From: Octopus sinensis
Lineage: Eukaryota
Direction: 5' to 3'
Assembly (NCBI RefSeq): GCF_006345805.1
Contig: NC_043011.1
Span: 37,088,464 to 37,152,463, forward strand
Length of the DNA stretch: 64,000 nucleotides
The translations under genes were made by a program, and so were the position numbers. Position 1 is the stretch's first letter, and each line of letters opens with the position of its first letter. Below the pieces are notes generated by a model. That model was not told the origin of the DNA. It saw nothing but the letters and a program-made list of their open reading frames with translations, and did not search any database. Below are positions 47,676 to 60,854 of this stretch, piece by piece.

Positions 47676-48539
47676 TATTTACTATTCTGGATCCTAAATA
47701 AGAAAACCATTGCATTAGTGTATTTGCGTGTTGAAAGTTCGTGTCCACAGTATTCATCCTCTTTTTTCCATGGTAAGATATGCATTGAAGTCCGTAACGG
47801 CCGGGTGACCGCATAATGATGTCACGATCGGGCGACCGCATAAGGACTTACTCGTTGCCTCACATCATTTACACTTATTAGATGAAAGCACTGAAACATG
47901 TTTTTAAAATAGGAGCGATGCAATGGGACTGAACAAGAAACTACGCAAACCACAATATCATGCCAAGAATCGAAACCGAGGCGAGTGGCTGAAAACCAGA
48001 TATTTTAACCACTCTAAGATTATTTCTCATAAGTTGTTTCTTGGCCGTGAAAGGTACTGAAATTATTGCAAATAGTGTCTAAATTTGAAATCAAGATTCA
48101 AAAAAATGCAAGTACATGAGCCCACTTCATGTTTGTCTATAGACCTTCTCAAGAGAGTTATATTAGTAAGGATTATTTGCACGTGATAAAAATGCATAAG
48201 AGTATGATTGGCCAGCATCTACTCTAGGTTGATAAATTTAAGTACAGCCAAGTATTGACATTTGCTAAATCCCTCCCCTCAAAATAAATTAGAAAAAATA
48301 ATGCCGTAGTTGTAAAAATCATAAAACAGTATATTATTGGTATTTATTAGGATACGTTTCTATGGATTTACATGACATCCTCAATATAGTAATTTACTTA
48401 AATCACATCCGAATTTCTCTTCAGCTTTTATTTTAGGTACGAGGCCTGACGTTTTTGAGGACAGGTGTCAAGTGGATTACATCGACCCCAGTAGTTAACT
48501 TTAAAATTGCTGGCCTTGTGCCAGAGTTCGAAACCATTT

Positions 48540-48700
48540 CTTACTTCCGCCTTGGCTAAGACGGAAATTATTGTTTTCAGTCGTGTTTGTTTGTTTGTTT
48601 GTCCGTGGACAAGATATCTCAAGACCCGCTGAATGGATTCGGATGAAACTTTCAGGGATATTTGGCACGAACTAACTAGATTTTGGGATCGATCCGCTAG
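48540..48700 (+). mobile_element. DINE-1/HINE-like fragment
   Basis: ttacttccgcc..ggaaattattgttttc..(GTTT)n..gtccgtggacaagatatctcaaga...ggattcggatgaaacttt, the usual HINE core layout. Confidence 0.65.
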
Positions 48701-50793
48701 TTACCCACCCCCATAAATTCATGTCTTGCACCTATGGGAGAAATAATTACTAATATTATTATCAGTATTGGTAGTAGTCAACTTCGTGGTCGTCCGTCGT
48801 CGTTTCGTAATAATAATAGTAGTGGTAGCAACAGTGCTTGTTGCTACCTTATAAGACGAAGCTGATTCATCTATCCTATGTTCACAAGTAATAACCTGAT
48901 TTTCTGTTTTTGCAGGCTATCTCCAAATTGTGTTACACATTATCGTATAAAATTTTAAAATTCGCATTTTTAAACGGCAGGTCATAATTTGAAGATTACT
49001 TGGCTACTATATCTAGGATTATAGATCAGTGTTTCCTAATCTTTTGTAAATCCTACACATATATTTCAGCAAAGTCGCATCGATCATCTCCAATTGTTGT
49101 CGTTTGTTTAATTTTTTTTTATATGTCGGTATTCAGATGCAGGCAAAGTTTAAATTAAATTCATCCGACCCCCACTCAGTAATGTAGTGTAGCATCAATA
49201 TCGTTGCTAGTGACTCGGGTTTTCGAAACTCATCGGTATTTTTGCTCTCGTATTGATTTGTAGAAGTGTTTAGTTGTAAATTTCTGAGTAGCTCATTTCG
49301 TAGTGATGTTTTAATTAAGAAACATTAATTTGAGTAGGACATGATACTGTAGAACAAACACATATATCAAATATCACAAGGGGAAATTGTAATCCAAGTT
49401 TTCTGTTCCCCTTTCTTACTTGTAAGTTTTGAGCGCATAAATATAAGAACAACTTTAAAATGTAATTTATATTAGGAACAGGCTGACATTTTGTACCCCA
49501 GTGAGAGAAGAAATAACGTAAGGAAATAATGAAGTAGAATGGCGAATGATCTATAGTATTTCTGCGTACCAAAAACGGCATCCATGGCAAATTTGTTTGC
49601 GATATCTTCTGTTCGAGATGAATGACATGCTTAGATAGTACATATGTATATGTGTCCATGTACGTGTGATACCCTCAGCGAATATATGTGACAATGAGAG
49701 TATGAACGTGTGTCTTTGCGAGTACGCATGTGCGATAATGTGTTTGCATGAATGTATATCTATATGGGTATGTATGTATGGCTATATGAGCATGTATGTA
49801 TGACTCGGAGGATTATGCGTGAATACAGGACCACGTATCTACGAGAATGCGCTGCACGTACGTGTGACTGTATGAACATCTATGAGTACCTATGTGATCA
49901 TGTATGTGCAACAATGTGTTTGCCTGTATGTGTAACCATGTGCGCATGTATGACATTACATGAACATGTATGTGTGTTTAGTGGCTTGCTTGTGTGTTTC
50001 TGTAAACGAATCGAATGATTGATAAATATGCGTGAAGGGAAATATTTGACCAAGAGAATTTAGAGGATATTCTACAAGAAGTTACGGTTATAAGCCGGCT
50101 CAGAACGCTACTAAAAGGCAATTAGTTTGAGAAATTGGCAAATCAGATTGTCAAAGTTTTGGTATGATTACTTGAATGGGAAACGAATGCAGACTGGAAA
50201 TTCAAATTGTGCAAAAGGTAATTATATGACCTTTATAGCATGTGATTTCTACCATGTAATGGATGAAGTCTAGCGATGGTTAATGTACAGCTCATACCCA
50301 AAATATATAATCCAGTATGTTTCAATTCATATAGACATGTTTGTAGACCAAAATCAGTTCGAATATTAAATGTTCTTGTTTCATTGACGGAAACTTTGGG
50401 CAAACATCTTCTGTAAATGGAGTAGATATTGAAGAATATTCAATATAAATAAAATGATATTCTAAATTCAGTTAAGGATATAGAAAATACTCTCATGAAT
50501 AAATATAGTCAAATCAATTGTGTATGTAGAAAGGTTACTGACATCGATATTCAAGTCTTCTGAAATCTGATATATATAGAATAATAACATGAGCAAAGGT
50601 TTCAGTGTTTCATAATCCCTTTCCAAACTCTACAGCTGTTTCAACGGTTAAATACGTACATGTAACTATTTTCATCAATATAGGAAAATACATGGTTAAT
50701 CTAAATTTGAAGAATACAACCTCTCATCAGAAATTATGATTGAAATGTCAATCGAAATACTATTGAGCTTTTGTTCACCCTGACATAAGCGAA

Positions 50794-50912
<119 letters not shown>

Positions 50913-51659
50913 GAACACGTTAAATTGATTATTCGAGATGAGATAGAAACTGCTAATAAATGCTTACATAATGGAGGTAAAACTACAATTTCTTTTTTAA
51001 GCTCCACACGTACTTAAATTAAGCCTTAACATAGAAAGTATTAAGATTGTTATTTACATCTGCATTTTATACTAAACATATTATTAGCTATGATATTAAA
51101 TTCTAAAAGTTCAGCTACATGCCATTAGCATTGATGCTGACTAGCCGCACAGCGTCTTGAACGTAACCTTTCCCGCAAACGGAATGAAACTTGAAACTAT
51201 AAACCGTTTTACCATTCTTCGTTTTTGCATTACTATACCAACTTGAAATGACAACTATTTATATTCAGAAAGCTATTTTTATTTATATACTTTCGACTTA
51301 TACAAAGCATCATTCAGTGACGGTGTACAAACTTGTTTCTTAGTTACTAATTTGCAAGTCGCTCAAATCAACCATTTTTATCAAAAGTGACAAAGAAGGA
51401 ATTAGAGAAGTCATAACAGGTCAGTGACTTAAAACATTATATTTCTTTAACAATATAACATGAGAATAACAATGAAGTAAGACTTGAAACGAAATCCTTA
51501 TTATTGTTAATGAAGATAACATCATCATTTTGATACCATTCAATGTACTTACAATAAAATCAATGAAACTCATTCATTGTCTGGGTACATCATCTCTTTC
51601 TCCCAGGCGAAGCCTTTTGTACGCCCACACATGCCTCATATGACAGTGGTTGTACTAGT

Positions 51660-51680
<21 letters not shown>

Positions 51681-51691
<11 letters not shown>

Positions 51692-52210
51692 TGTAGTTGT
51701 GTGAGTGTCTGTCCCCTTCGATTTAGATTCCTAACTACTCCCACATTTTGCGATGCAGTTTATCCAAATCCGGGTATCTTATAGTTGTGATGCATATCGA
51801 GCCCGTCTGGCTATTAGCGCGCGTCTACGATGAGTCTACGATTTTAAAAATAATTTAACATCATTTTTTATTCCATTTTAATGCATAATTTTTCGTGTGT
51901 CGATGGCGGCGGAGTTGGCGTCCACGGTCACACCTGCACCTGTTTGCTTCTCCCCCTTCTTCCCTCCCTCGTGAAGCTGTGGGGAAGGGAGTGTAAGGAA
52001 ATCAACGTCGTAAAGCGTTGTCAAGGAGACCAGCGTTCTTTTAGAACAACGACTTCATGGCTTGAAGCCACTGAGTCAACGATTTAAAAAAAAAAATTAT
52101 CATCATTTTTTATTCCATTTTTAATGCATTTTTTTGCTATAACTCTCTAAAAATGCTTATATAGTTATTTCCCTTAGAAGCCCGAGCAACGCCGGGCGAT
52201 ACTGGTAGTA
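51681..52210 (-). mobile_element. HINE/DINE-1-like element, same family as 36737-37132
   Basis: Minus strand actaccagtatcgcccggcgttgctcggg...aatcgtagactcatcgtagacgcgcgctaata...ttttatatata. Confidence 0.8.
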
Positions 52211-52334
52211 TATATATACAACTTATAAATAAGGGCAATATTTATAAGTTGTTTATGATTTTAACCTTTAAAGGTACTTTTTAATATGCTGGCCATTGAT
52301 AAAATTATTTTTTCGAAAAAGTTTCATCCTACAT

Positions 52335-52399
<65 letters not shown>

Positions 52400-53007
52400 A
52401 TTTAAATTTGGGCGGAGCATTATGCCGGTAACAATAAACACACGCATTGATTCGTTCCTTTATTGTTATTCTTCTGACTTTTTCCTGTTGTTATTTCTGT
52501 TTTTCTTATTTTGCTTTGTCAAATATTTATTTCATCGCAATTTTTCAATCTCTTAAGTGACATGTCCCTCAACTTCCATTTCATTTGAACTTATATTCCA
52601 GTGTTTGGTCCGAAATCTTGTCCAGGGATTGGTCCGAAATCAATCTCAGATAAGTATGTGAGTGTGTGTATGTGTACGTGCTTATACGTAAGGTTGTGCA
52701 TCCGTATGTGTGTGTAATGTTTTAAATGCTAACTTACGTCATTCTTCATGTACATAAGATAGAAATTTTGGATTTCTCTCTGCTTTCTTCCCAAATGCAC
52801 ACGTCCATTCATAAGACGCTTCTCTCAAAGACATAAGAAAGTCCAAAAGAAAAGAAAGATGGAGGAATACAAATCGTCAACAGTCCTCATGTATGTATGT
52901 ACGTGTGTGTAAAAGGCTTTCTTCATTTCTTAATGTGGGGGAGGTATACGATGGTACGCTAGCATTTACAAAGTAGTGCAGTACATCTTATTGCAGTACT
53001 CTCTTAC

Positions 53008-53171
53008 TTCTTTCAGTCATTTGTCTATGGCCATGCTGGAGCACCCACTTTAGTCGAGCAAATAGAACCCAGGACTTATTCATTGTAAGCCTAGTACTTA
53101 TTCTATTGGTCTCTTTTGCCGAACCGCTAAGTTAAGGGTCGTAAACACACCAACACAAACACATAAACACA

Positions 53172-53243
<72 letters not shown>

Positions 53244-53400
53244 AACGATGGGCTTCCTTCAGTTTCCGTCTACCAAATCCACTCACAAGGCTTTGGTCGG
53301 CCCGAGGCTATAGTAGAAGACACTTGCCCAAGGGGCCACGCAGTGGGAATGAATCCGTTGGTAAGCAAGTTACTTACCACACAGGCTACTCCTGTGCCTA
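53008..53400 (-). mobile_element. SINE type A, near full length
   Basis: Tail ttcagtcatttg..ggccatgctggagcac; head ttaccacacaggctactcctgtgcc. Confidence 0.92.
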
Positions 53401-53551
53401 CTGAAGTCTACCACATAATTTTCTTCTTTTATCATTTATTTAATCTTTTATTACGCTCTGTACACAACAGCTTATCCGTGTCGTTAATATTATTACGCTA
53501 ACGCTGTTGTTATCATTATGCTATATATATATGTGTGTGTGTGTGTGTGTA

Positions 53552-53583
<32 letters not shown>

Positions 53584-53609
53584 TGCGTGTGTGTCTCTGT
53601 ATGTATATC

Positions 53610-53813
53610 GATGTAGGAGTGGCTATGTGGTAAGTAGCTTGCTTACCAGCCACATGGTACCGTGTTCAGTCGCCCAGCGTGGCACCTTGGTCGAATGTCT
53701 TCTAGTATAGCCACGGATTGACCAAGGCCATATGAGTGGATTTGGTAGACAGAAAATTAAAGTCTGTCTTATATATGTATGTATACACACACACACACAC
53801 ACGCACACACACA

Positions 53814-53859
<46 letters not shown>

Positions 53860-54090
53860 CATAGGTATGTTTGTGCATATGTTTGTAGGTGACTCCCCCA
53901 CTATTGCTTGAGAACCGATGTTGCTGTGTTTACGTCTCCGTAACTTACTGGCTCGGCAAAAGAAACCAATAGAAGAATAAGTACTAGCCTTATAAACAAT
54001 AAGTACTGGGGTCGAGTTGGTCGACTAAAGGCGGTGCTCCAGCATGTCTGTAGTCAAATTACTGAAACAAATAAAAGAATAAAAGAATAT
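53610..54090 (+). mobile_element. SINE type A, full length
   Basis: gtaggagtggctatgtggtaagtagcttgcttacc...cgactaaaggcggtgctccagcatg...aataaaagaataaaagaata. Confidence 0.9.
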
Positions 54091-54129
54091 ATATATTTAT
54101 TTAGGTATGTATATATGACTTCATGTTTT

Positions 54130-54730
54130 TGTGTATGTGTGTGGAGAGAGTGTTTCTGAAGTCATTAAATGATAGTATTTCATAACAGAAAGATAATGTT
54201 GTGATAGTCTGCAGTACCTGGAAGGTGTTTGTATTGTTCTTAATACGCTGTGTTGTCGGTGATATATTTATGTTTTTATTTTAACATTTCGTAAAATATT
54301 TTCTATTTAGCCTGTTTTCCATTATACAGATTACAAAGAATTGACTGTCTACATTATATGTCTTTCTCCTCATAATATACCATGTCAAAAACATACGAGT
54401 ACCGTTTCAGGTATGTGGGTAACTTGCTTCCTCAAGCCTCTGAGACTTACGTGCAAAATTACCGCCATTTTCACGGGGTTTGAAGACAAATTTATGAAGA
54501 GAAAGCGACGTACGTAGAATGGGCAACGATAGTTATTCATTTATTCAAAATCTTCTTTTACCTTTTTCAGTCATTTGACTGTGCCCATGCAGGAGCAAAC
54601 GTTAGGAGTTTTAGTCGAAGAAATTGCCCCCAGGACACGTTCTTCGTAACCCTAGTACTTGTTCTAAGTTACAGGGATGTAACCACAGCAGGATCGGTTT
54701 TCAATTGATAGAGGGCCAGGACTAACACGG
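54130..54730 (+). repeat. Local segmental duplication, copy 1 (copy 2 about 2 kb downstream)
   Basis: About 600 bp aligns with 56128-56730; includes a candidate exon and a minus-strand SINE A tail. Confidence 0.92.
54330..54410 (+). CDS. Candidate 81-nt phase 1-1 exon, copy 1 (DYKELTVYIICLSPHNIPCQKHTSTVS)
   Basis: tgttttccattatacag| and CAG|gtatgt; only the phase-1 frame is open. Confidence 0.45.
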
Positions 54731-54962
54731 ACACAAACAAATATATATATCTATAAGACACTAGAATGTTTTCCTTCTCTTGACATGGAAAAAAATGCTG
54801 GCCTTAATTCACAAATAAAACAGAATATAAATACATATATATGAAAATTCAAATAATCAGAGTGATAAATTGAATATTGTTTCAATTAACCACCCTCATT
54901 ATTTAAATTATATATATACATACATATGTATATATATCCATATATATATCCATGTACGTAAG

Positions 54963-54996
<34 letters not shown>

Positions 54997-55069
54997 AATA
55001 TATATATTTGCATATATATATAAATATATATCTTCATACATACATACATACATGAATATATATATTAAT

Positions 55070-55250
55070 TTATTTATTGATCCATTTTCTCTCTTCATTT
55101 TCTGTCCTTGTTTCCGTGTTCTTTTTTGCGGAAGATCGTAAGCCTGGAACGTTAAAGACTTTTTAACTTCCCGAGCGTTATACTAATCTGATTGTGTCTA
55201 CACACACCTGTCTTCGTCTTTTGTTTTTTTTTCCATGTGAATTCTCTCCC
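55070..55250 (+). mobile_element. Hammerhead family 1 element, copy 4, decayed; 3' end duplicated at about 55400-55450
   Basis: CTTTT-TTGCGGA-A-GATC[GTAA]GCCT-GGAAC-GT-T-AAAG at 55121-55157; cacctgtcttcgtcttttg tail. Confidence 0.65.
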
Positions 55251-55254
55251 TATA

Positions 55255-55323
<69 letters not shown>

Positions 55324-55482
55324 TAATCCAAACAAGAAAACACAAAAAAAAAAACAAAAAAACAACCCGAGGCGTGGAACTAATATGATTATTGTGACGC
55401 TCACCACCTGTCTTCGTCTTTTGTTTTTTTTTCGCAGTGAATCTCTCGTCTATATATATATTTAGATATATATATATATATA

Positions 55483-55544
<62 letters not shown>

Positions 55545-55849
55545 ATAAACAAGAAAACACAATATATATATATATAAGGGAACAAAGTATCCGTACGCCG
55601 CTATATATATATGTATGAAAAAGTACAGATTAGGACAAGAATACAAAACATCCGGACAACTAGGTGATACAAAAAGGGAAAACAAAATATGCAGATAGAC
55701 GATACAAAAAACTCGGACGGGTCATTCGAAGCCTATAATCTTCAGTCAAGAACCGGATCATCCTCACAATTTGGCGTGTTGGGAATTAAGCCCTACGGCA
55801 GAGGGAAGAGTGTCGATGTGGCAGTGGCAGTGTCCGTGGTTATATACGT

Positions 55850-56075
55850 ATGTGTGAGCATATATTTGTGCGTCTGTCCTCATCATCGCTTGACAAGCGA
55901 TGTTGATGTGTTTACGTCCCGGTTAACTAGCGGTTCGGTAAAACAAACCGATAGAATGAGTACGAGGCTTACAAGGAATATGTTCTGGGGTCACGTTATG
56001 CGACTAAAGTCGGTGCTCCAGCATTGCAGCATTCAAAAGAGACTGATACGGGTAAAAAAATAAAAATAAAAAGTA
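55850..56075 (+). mobile_element. SINE type A, 3' half
   Basis: catcgcttgacaagcgatgttgatgtgtttacgtccc...gcggttcgg...cgatagaatgagtac...gtgctccagcat. Confidence 0.8.
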
Positions 56076-56127
56076 TGTATATATGTCTTTATATATATGT
56101 GCGTATCTGTGTGTGTGTACGTGTGTG

Positions 56128-56730
56128 TGTGTGTGTCTGGACAGAGTGTTTCTGAAGTCATTTAATAATAGTATTTTACAACAGAAAGATGATGTTGTGA
56201 TAGTCTGCAGTAGCTGGAAGGTGTTTGCATTCTTCTTAATTTACTGTGTGGTTTGTGATATATTCATGTTTTTGTTTGGAAATTTCGTAAAATATTTTCT
56301 ATTTAGCCTGTTTTCCATTATTCAGATTACAAGGAATTGACTGTCTGCATTATATGTCTTTCTCCTCATAATCTACCATGTCAAAAACATACGAGTACCG
56401 TTTCAGGTATGTGGGTAAATTGCTTCCACAAGCCTCTGAGACTTACGTGCAAAATTACCCCCATTTTCACGGGATTTGGAGACAAATTTATGGTAGAGCC
56501 ACTGAAGAGAAAGCGACTTACGTAGAATGGGCAACGATAGTTATTCATTTATTCTTTTCTTCTTTTAATTGTTTCAGTCATTTGACTGTGCTCATGTTGG
56601 AGCAAACGTTAGGAGTTTTAGTCGAATAAATCGAACTCAGGACACATTCTTTGTAAGCCTACTACTTGTTCTAAGTTACAGTGATGTAAACACACCAATA
56701 TCGGTTGGTGATGGAGGGCCAGGACTAACA
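56128..56730 (+). repeat. Local segmental duplication, copy 2
   Basis: Aligns with 54130-54730. Confidence 0.92.
56326..56406 (+). CDS. Candidate 81-nt phase 1-1 exon, copy 2 (DYKELTVCIICLSPHNLPCQKHTSTVS)
   Basis: Splice sites retained (ttattcag| and CAG|gtatgt); 3 differences from copy 1, frame intact. Confidence 0.45.
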
Positions 56731-57030
56731 CGAATGAGACCACAGGTCTAACAAACTTATTTTCTTCATCCACCTCACAACGGACTTAACGAACTGTGAG
56801 CCAACTTCTTCCGATCTTTCGCTCTTCTTCTCCGTATCCTCTGACTCCTTCGTTCTGACGATGTCTACCATTGGCAACGAGGCAAAAATATAAATATACA
56901 CTTCCCGGACCATGGTAATCAGAAACGATTCTAAATTACTTCACTCTCACCTTTATTTACTAATTAAATAATGACTTACTAGCGCAAAAGACACATTTCT
57001 GTTTCTTATTTTTCCTCCATTATCTTCTCA

Positions 57031-57078
<48 letters not shown>

Positions 57079-57561
57079 GATATATATATATATATATATA
57101 TATAATATAACTGTTTTATGAATGAGGGTTGTATGTGTATGTGTGGGAGTATGAATAAGTAATGAGTAGAAGTATACGGCTACTTTATTAATTTATCGTT
57201 GCCTAGATGTTTATGTGTATGTATAGATATATATATATGGGTGTGTGAGTTAGTGTATGTACTTAGATATGTTTATATAATACTAGAGATATGGTATGGG
57301 GTAAGCATGTGTGTATATATATTTTAATTTTTGCTTTTGTTTTTTGAAATTATATTCTTCATCTTTAAATATGAGAATTTAAATACTAGGTTTCATTATA
57401 TTCAATGTTTATAGAGGTTATTTAATTCTTGATTATATATATATATATAGAGATTATATATAGATTATATATATATTTTTTCATTGATAAATTTATATTA
57501 TTATATTTTTAGTCATTTTAAATTTATATCTTAAAATATTGATTATTTTTAGATCTGAATA

Positions 57562-57608
57562 CCACTGATGAAGTGTTTTTAGAAGAGAGAACGAAACAAT
57601 TGTAGTGG
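57562..57608 (+). ncRNA. Minimal hammerhead-like motif of PLE type, decayed stem II
   Basis: CCA-CTGATGA-AG...C-GAA-ACAATTGT-A-GTGG; palindromic ACAATTGT stem III, GUA site; lies in an AT-rich block (about 57180-57797) resembling a PLE 3' end. Confidence 0.5.
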
Positions 57609-57797
57609 CGATTTTAATTTATTTAATTTATATAAAAATTTTTATGTATTGGATTAAGTCTTTCTTTGTTGATTTGCACATAATAGTGGTTTTGTCTCTA
57701 ATTAATATTATATAATATTTTACTATAAAATTGGATCAGTCCTAAATCTGATTTTTCCCTGTAAATTTGGATTTATTCCCTAATATTTATTATATAT

Positions 57798-57960
57798 AAG
57801 TCCTTGTGATTACGCGTCAAGTGCTTTACCATTAAGTTAAACTTCCTAGTAACGAATTATTCTGCAATTTTAGAAACGAAATTAGCTTCATAAGACGCTA
57901 GCGTTAAATTCAACTTACAATTAAAGTAAACAAAGTATAAAGCCACACTGAATATATATC

Positions 57961-57995
<35 letters not shown>

Positions 57996-58486
57996 CGGTC
58001 TTCTTTCAGTTTCTGTCTACCAAAATCCACTCACAAGGCTTTGGTCGCGCCGAGGCTATAGTAGAAGACAATTGCCTACCTAGGTGCCTGGCAAAAGAGT
58101 GAAGCAAGACCCATGTGGTTGCGAAGCAAGCTTTTTATCACACGGCCACACATGCGTGTAGACTTAATTGTTTTGTGAATAAAATTGTCATCTTTGTTAT
58201 AGTTGCTGCCTTCGTTCATTTTATATAGAAAACCAATGCCCTAATTATTCTTAATAGATTATGTCCTTCGTTGTCTCATACCTTACTTATCTGTGTGTAA
58301 GCCACCACCTGCTTTGCTATGTGATTCTTTCAGTGTGGCTTTATACTTTGTTTACTTTCATTGTAAGCTGAATTTAACGCTAGCGTCTTATGAAGCTAAA
58401 TTTCTATGTTCTAAAATTGCAGAATAATTCGTTACTAGGAAGTTTAACTTAATGGTAAAGCACTTGACGCGTAATCACAAGGACTT
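57798..58486. repeat. Inverted duplication, 155/158-bp arms, 376-bp spacer
   Basis: 57798-57952 vs 58329-58486, about 95% identical by eye. Confidence 0.93.
57995..58160 (-). mobile_element. SINE type A, 5' half, inside the spacer
   Basis: ttctttcagtttctgtctaccaaaatccactcacaaggctttggtcg...gaggctatagtagaagac. Confidence 0.85.
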
Positions 58487-58509
58487 GAGATCGAGTCACA
58501 TGGCTGGCC
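58438..58509 (+). mobile_element. tRNA-derived head or tRNA pseudogene (Thr-CGT-like)
   Basis: ggaagtttaacttaatggtaaagc A-box; cttga-cgCGTaa-tca(c)aag anticodon arm; gagatcgagtc degenerate B-box; acceptor stem does not close. Confidence 0.5.
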
Positions 58510-58818
58510 GGTAACGTAGTTTCCTGCAATGTATGAATAATGTATCCTGTTCACGCTATTTTATTAGCATTATAACGGGTTTGAGACTAAAAAAATTATA
58601 TATATATATCTGTACGTAAATGTCGAAAGGTGAAAAGAGTGGTGGATATATATTTTCTTTATATGTGAATTAAGACACTAGCATATTGTCCTACTTTTCA
58701 TGGCACCCAAAATCAATGGTAGACTTAATTCATAGATGAAAAAAATATGAATATATATACATATATATATATATACATACATATACATATATTGCATATC
58801 ATTATATATATTATATAT

Positions 58819-58884
<66 letters not shown>

Positions 58885-59109
58885 GCATATATATGCTCGC
58901 GAGCATGTGTGTCTACTGTAGTTTGTAGACTGAAATGTATGTGCATGCTAGATATAAAGAGCTCAACTGAGCCATCGTTATGCACTGGAATCTTCTTCAA
59001 GGAACGTAACGTATTTTTTATATCCACTTCTTATCCCATTGCGGCGCCTCCGTAAGTCCAACCTTCTTTTCCTTTTGCTCTCGTTTACGGTATATTTTTG
59101 CTTTCGATG

Positions 59110-59138
59110 ACTATCATCACCATTATCATCACCATCAT

Positions 59139-59176
<38 letters not shown>

Positions 59177-59330
59177 ACATCATCATCGTCATCACCATCA
59201 TTATCATCATCATCATCATCACCATTATCACCATTAACATTATCATTATCATCTTTATCATCAACACCACAGCCACCGTCACCGCCACTACTTCCATCAT
59301 CAACATCATGACGATCATCAGGATCATGAT
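59110..59330. repeat. (ATC)n microsatellite, degenerate
   Basis: Source of the poly-I/poly-M ORFs. Confidence 0.95.
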
Positions 59331-59489
59331 CGTTATTATTACTGTTAGTAGTATTAGTAGTATTGTTGGTAGTAGCAATACTTGAGCGCGGTCTTTTGTA
59401 CTCATCTCATGTCTATAATCTATGACCAGCCTCGACATGTAATTGGACACCTTGAAGCCTTTCACTTTATTTCATTTCATTTCCTTTGT

Positions 59490-59640
59490 CTCTCTTCTTC
59501 TTCTTCTTCTTCTTCTTCTTCTTCTTCTTCTTCTTCTTCTTCTTCTCTTCCTCTTCTCTTCTTCCTCCTCCTCCTCCTCCTCCACCTTCTTCTTCTTCTT
59601 CTTCTTCTTCTTCTCCTTCTTCCTCTTCCTCTTCTTCTTC
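59490..59640. repeat. (CTT)n/(CCT)n microsatellite
   Basis: Trinucleotide runs. Confidence 0.95.
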
Positions 59641-60457
59641 TTTATATTTTGTCAAATGATTCTTATCTGCAGGCAACGCTTTCCTCTCTTCAGCTTTTTT
59701 CTATATTGTTTTCGCTTTCTCTCCCTCTCTTTTGTTTTTAATCTCTTTAAGTTCTCTCTGATTCATTGCCGGTTTCAATGCGGACATGCTTGAAAGTCCT
59801 CATTATTTTCTCATTAGTGCAATGTTTTGCTCGACTCGCAGTAAAACTAAAGAGTGCGTTTCTCTTTTTTCTTTTCTTCTTTTGTTGTCCTATGATGCTT
59901 TCATTGCTTCTTTTTTGTCTCCCTTTTTTACTCTTATGATGTTTTTGTTGCTGTTATTGATGTTAATGTTGCCACTTAAATTTGTTGCAGCTCTTCCTCG
60001 TGTTTTAGTTTTTCACCATAATTATATATGCTTACAACAAATACTGCTCCTTCTATGCCACGCATTTTTAACAGGTCCATAAAGAATGTATGATAGCTAA
60101 TTGAATGCTCGAAAATATTATGAATTGTGCTTTGTTTGTATTCTTATCGTTTTTCTTTTGTTTTCCGAAAACAATTCAGAAAAAAAAAAGCCTTCAGAAA
60201 AACATTTCCCATAAATTCATTTTAAAACAAGATACCGTGGTAGTTTATGATATGGTAAATTATCTCCAGCATTCTGCATCATTTCGATGCAAAGTTTCCC
60301 TTGAGCAAGAAAGCAAGATTTCGAAGATATCAAGGAAGAAATGCTAGTTTAAAATTCCGGGTTATGTAACCGTGAAGTTTGTGACAAGAAAGCAACGTAA
60401 AGAGACAACCAAACTGTCTAATATCTGAACATTTTTCTCTTTCCTGTGTATCACAAG

Positions 60458-60547
60458 TGATACACAAGGCATATCACTGGGGTCCATGCATCATACAAGA
60501 TGCACATTCAAAATTTTTGCAATCATCAGACGAACTCGGAGATTTAT
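60458..60547 (+). CDS. Candidate 90-nt phase 1-1 exon (IHKAYHWGPCIIQDAHSKFLQSSDELGDL)
   Basis: catttttctctttcctgtgtatcacaag| and T|gtaagg; in frame with 56326-56406 if spliced. Confidence 0.3.
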
Positions 60548-60854
60548 GTAAGGAAGTTGTATATAACTCAGAAGTAATGCAACACCTGATAACTAAAAGT
60601 CTGAAAACAAGCATGGATGTTATGAAATTGCTTTGGACAGGCAAAGGATTAATAACTCCTTGATTTTTTTCAGCTCCTTAACTTTGTACTTTAATTAGTC
60701 GCGAAATGTATTAGATGTAGCCTCTACGGCATTTGGAACCGAACCTTGAGCTAACAATTTATTTACTCTGTCTCGAATTTGCATTCCTATCACTAGTCAG
60801 AGCCAAAATGAGGAAATGTATCCTAAATGGAAGAAACAATTAGTTTTAATCACG

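Noticed and set aside
49315-49659. 114-aa minus-strand ORF
   Set aside because: Starts in a (TA/CA)-like tract, composition typical of AT-rich non-coding DNA, no motif.
50700-50735. Minus-strand CTGATGAGAGG motif
   Set aside because: CAAA instead of GAAA and no stem III; consistent with chance.
55715-55755. Minus-strand GA-CTGAAGA...CGAAT-GACCC-GTC
   Set aside because: Lacks A15.1:U16.1 and stem II is poor; at most a decayed relic.
59085-59793. Poly-M/I/L/E ORFs
   Set aside because: (ATC)n and (CTT)n translations.
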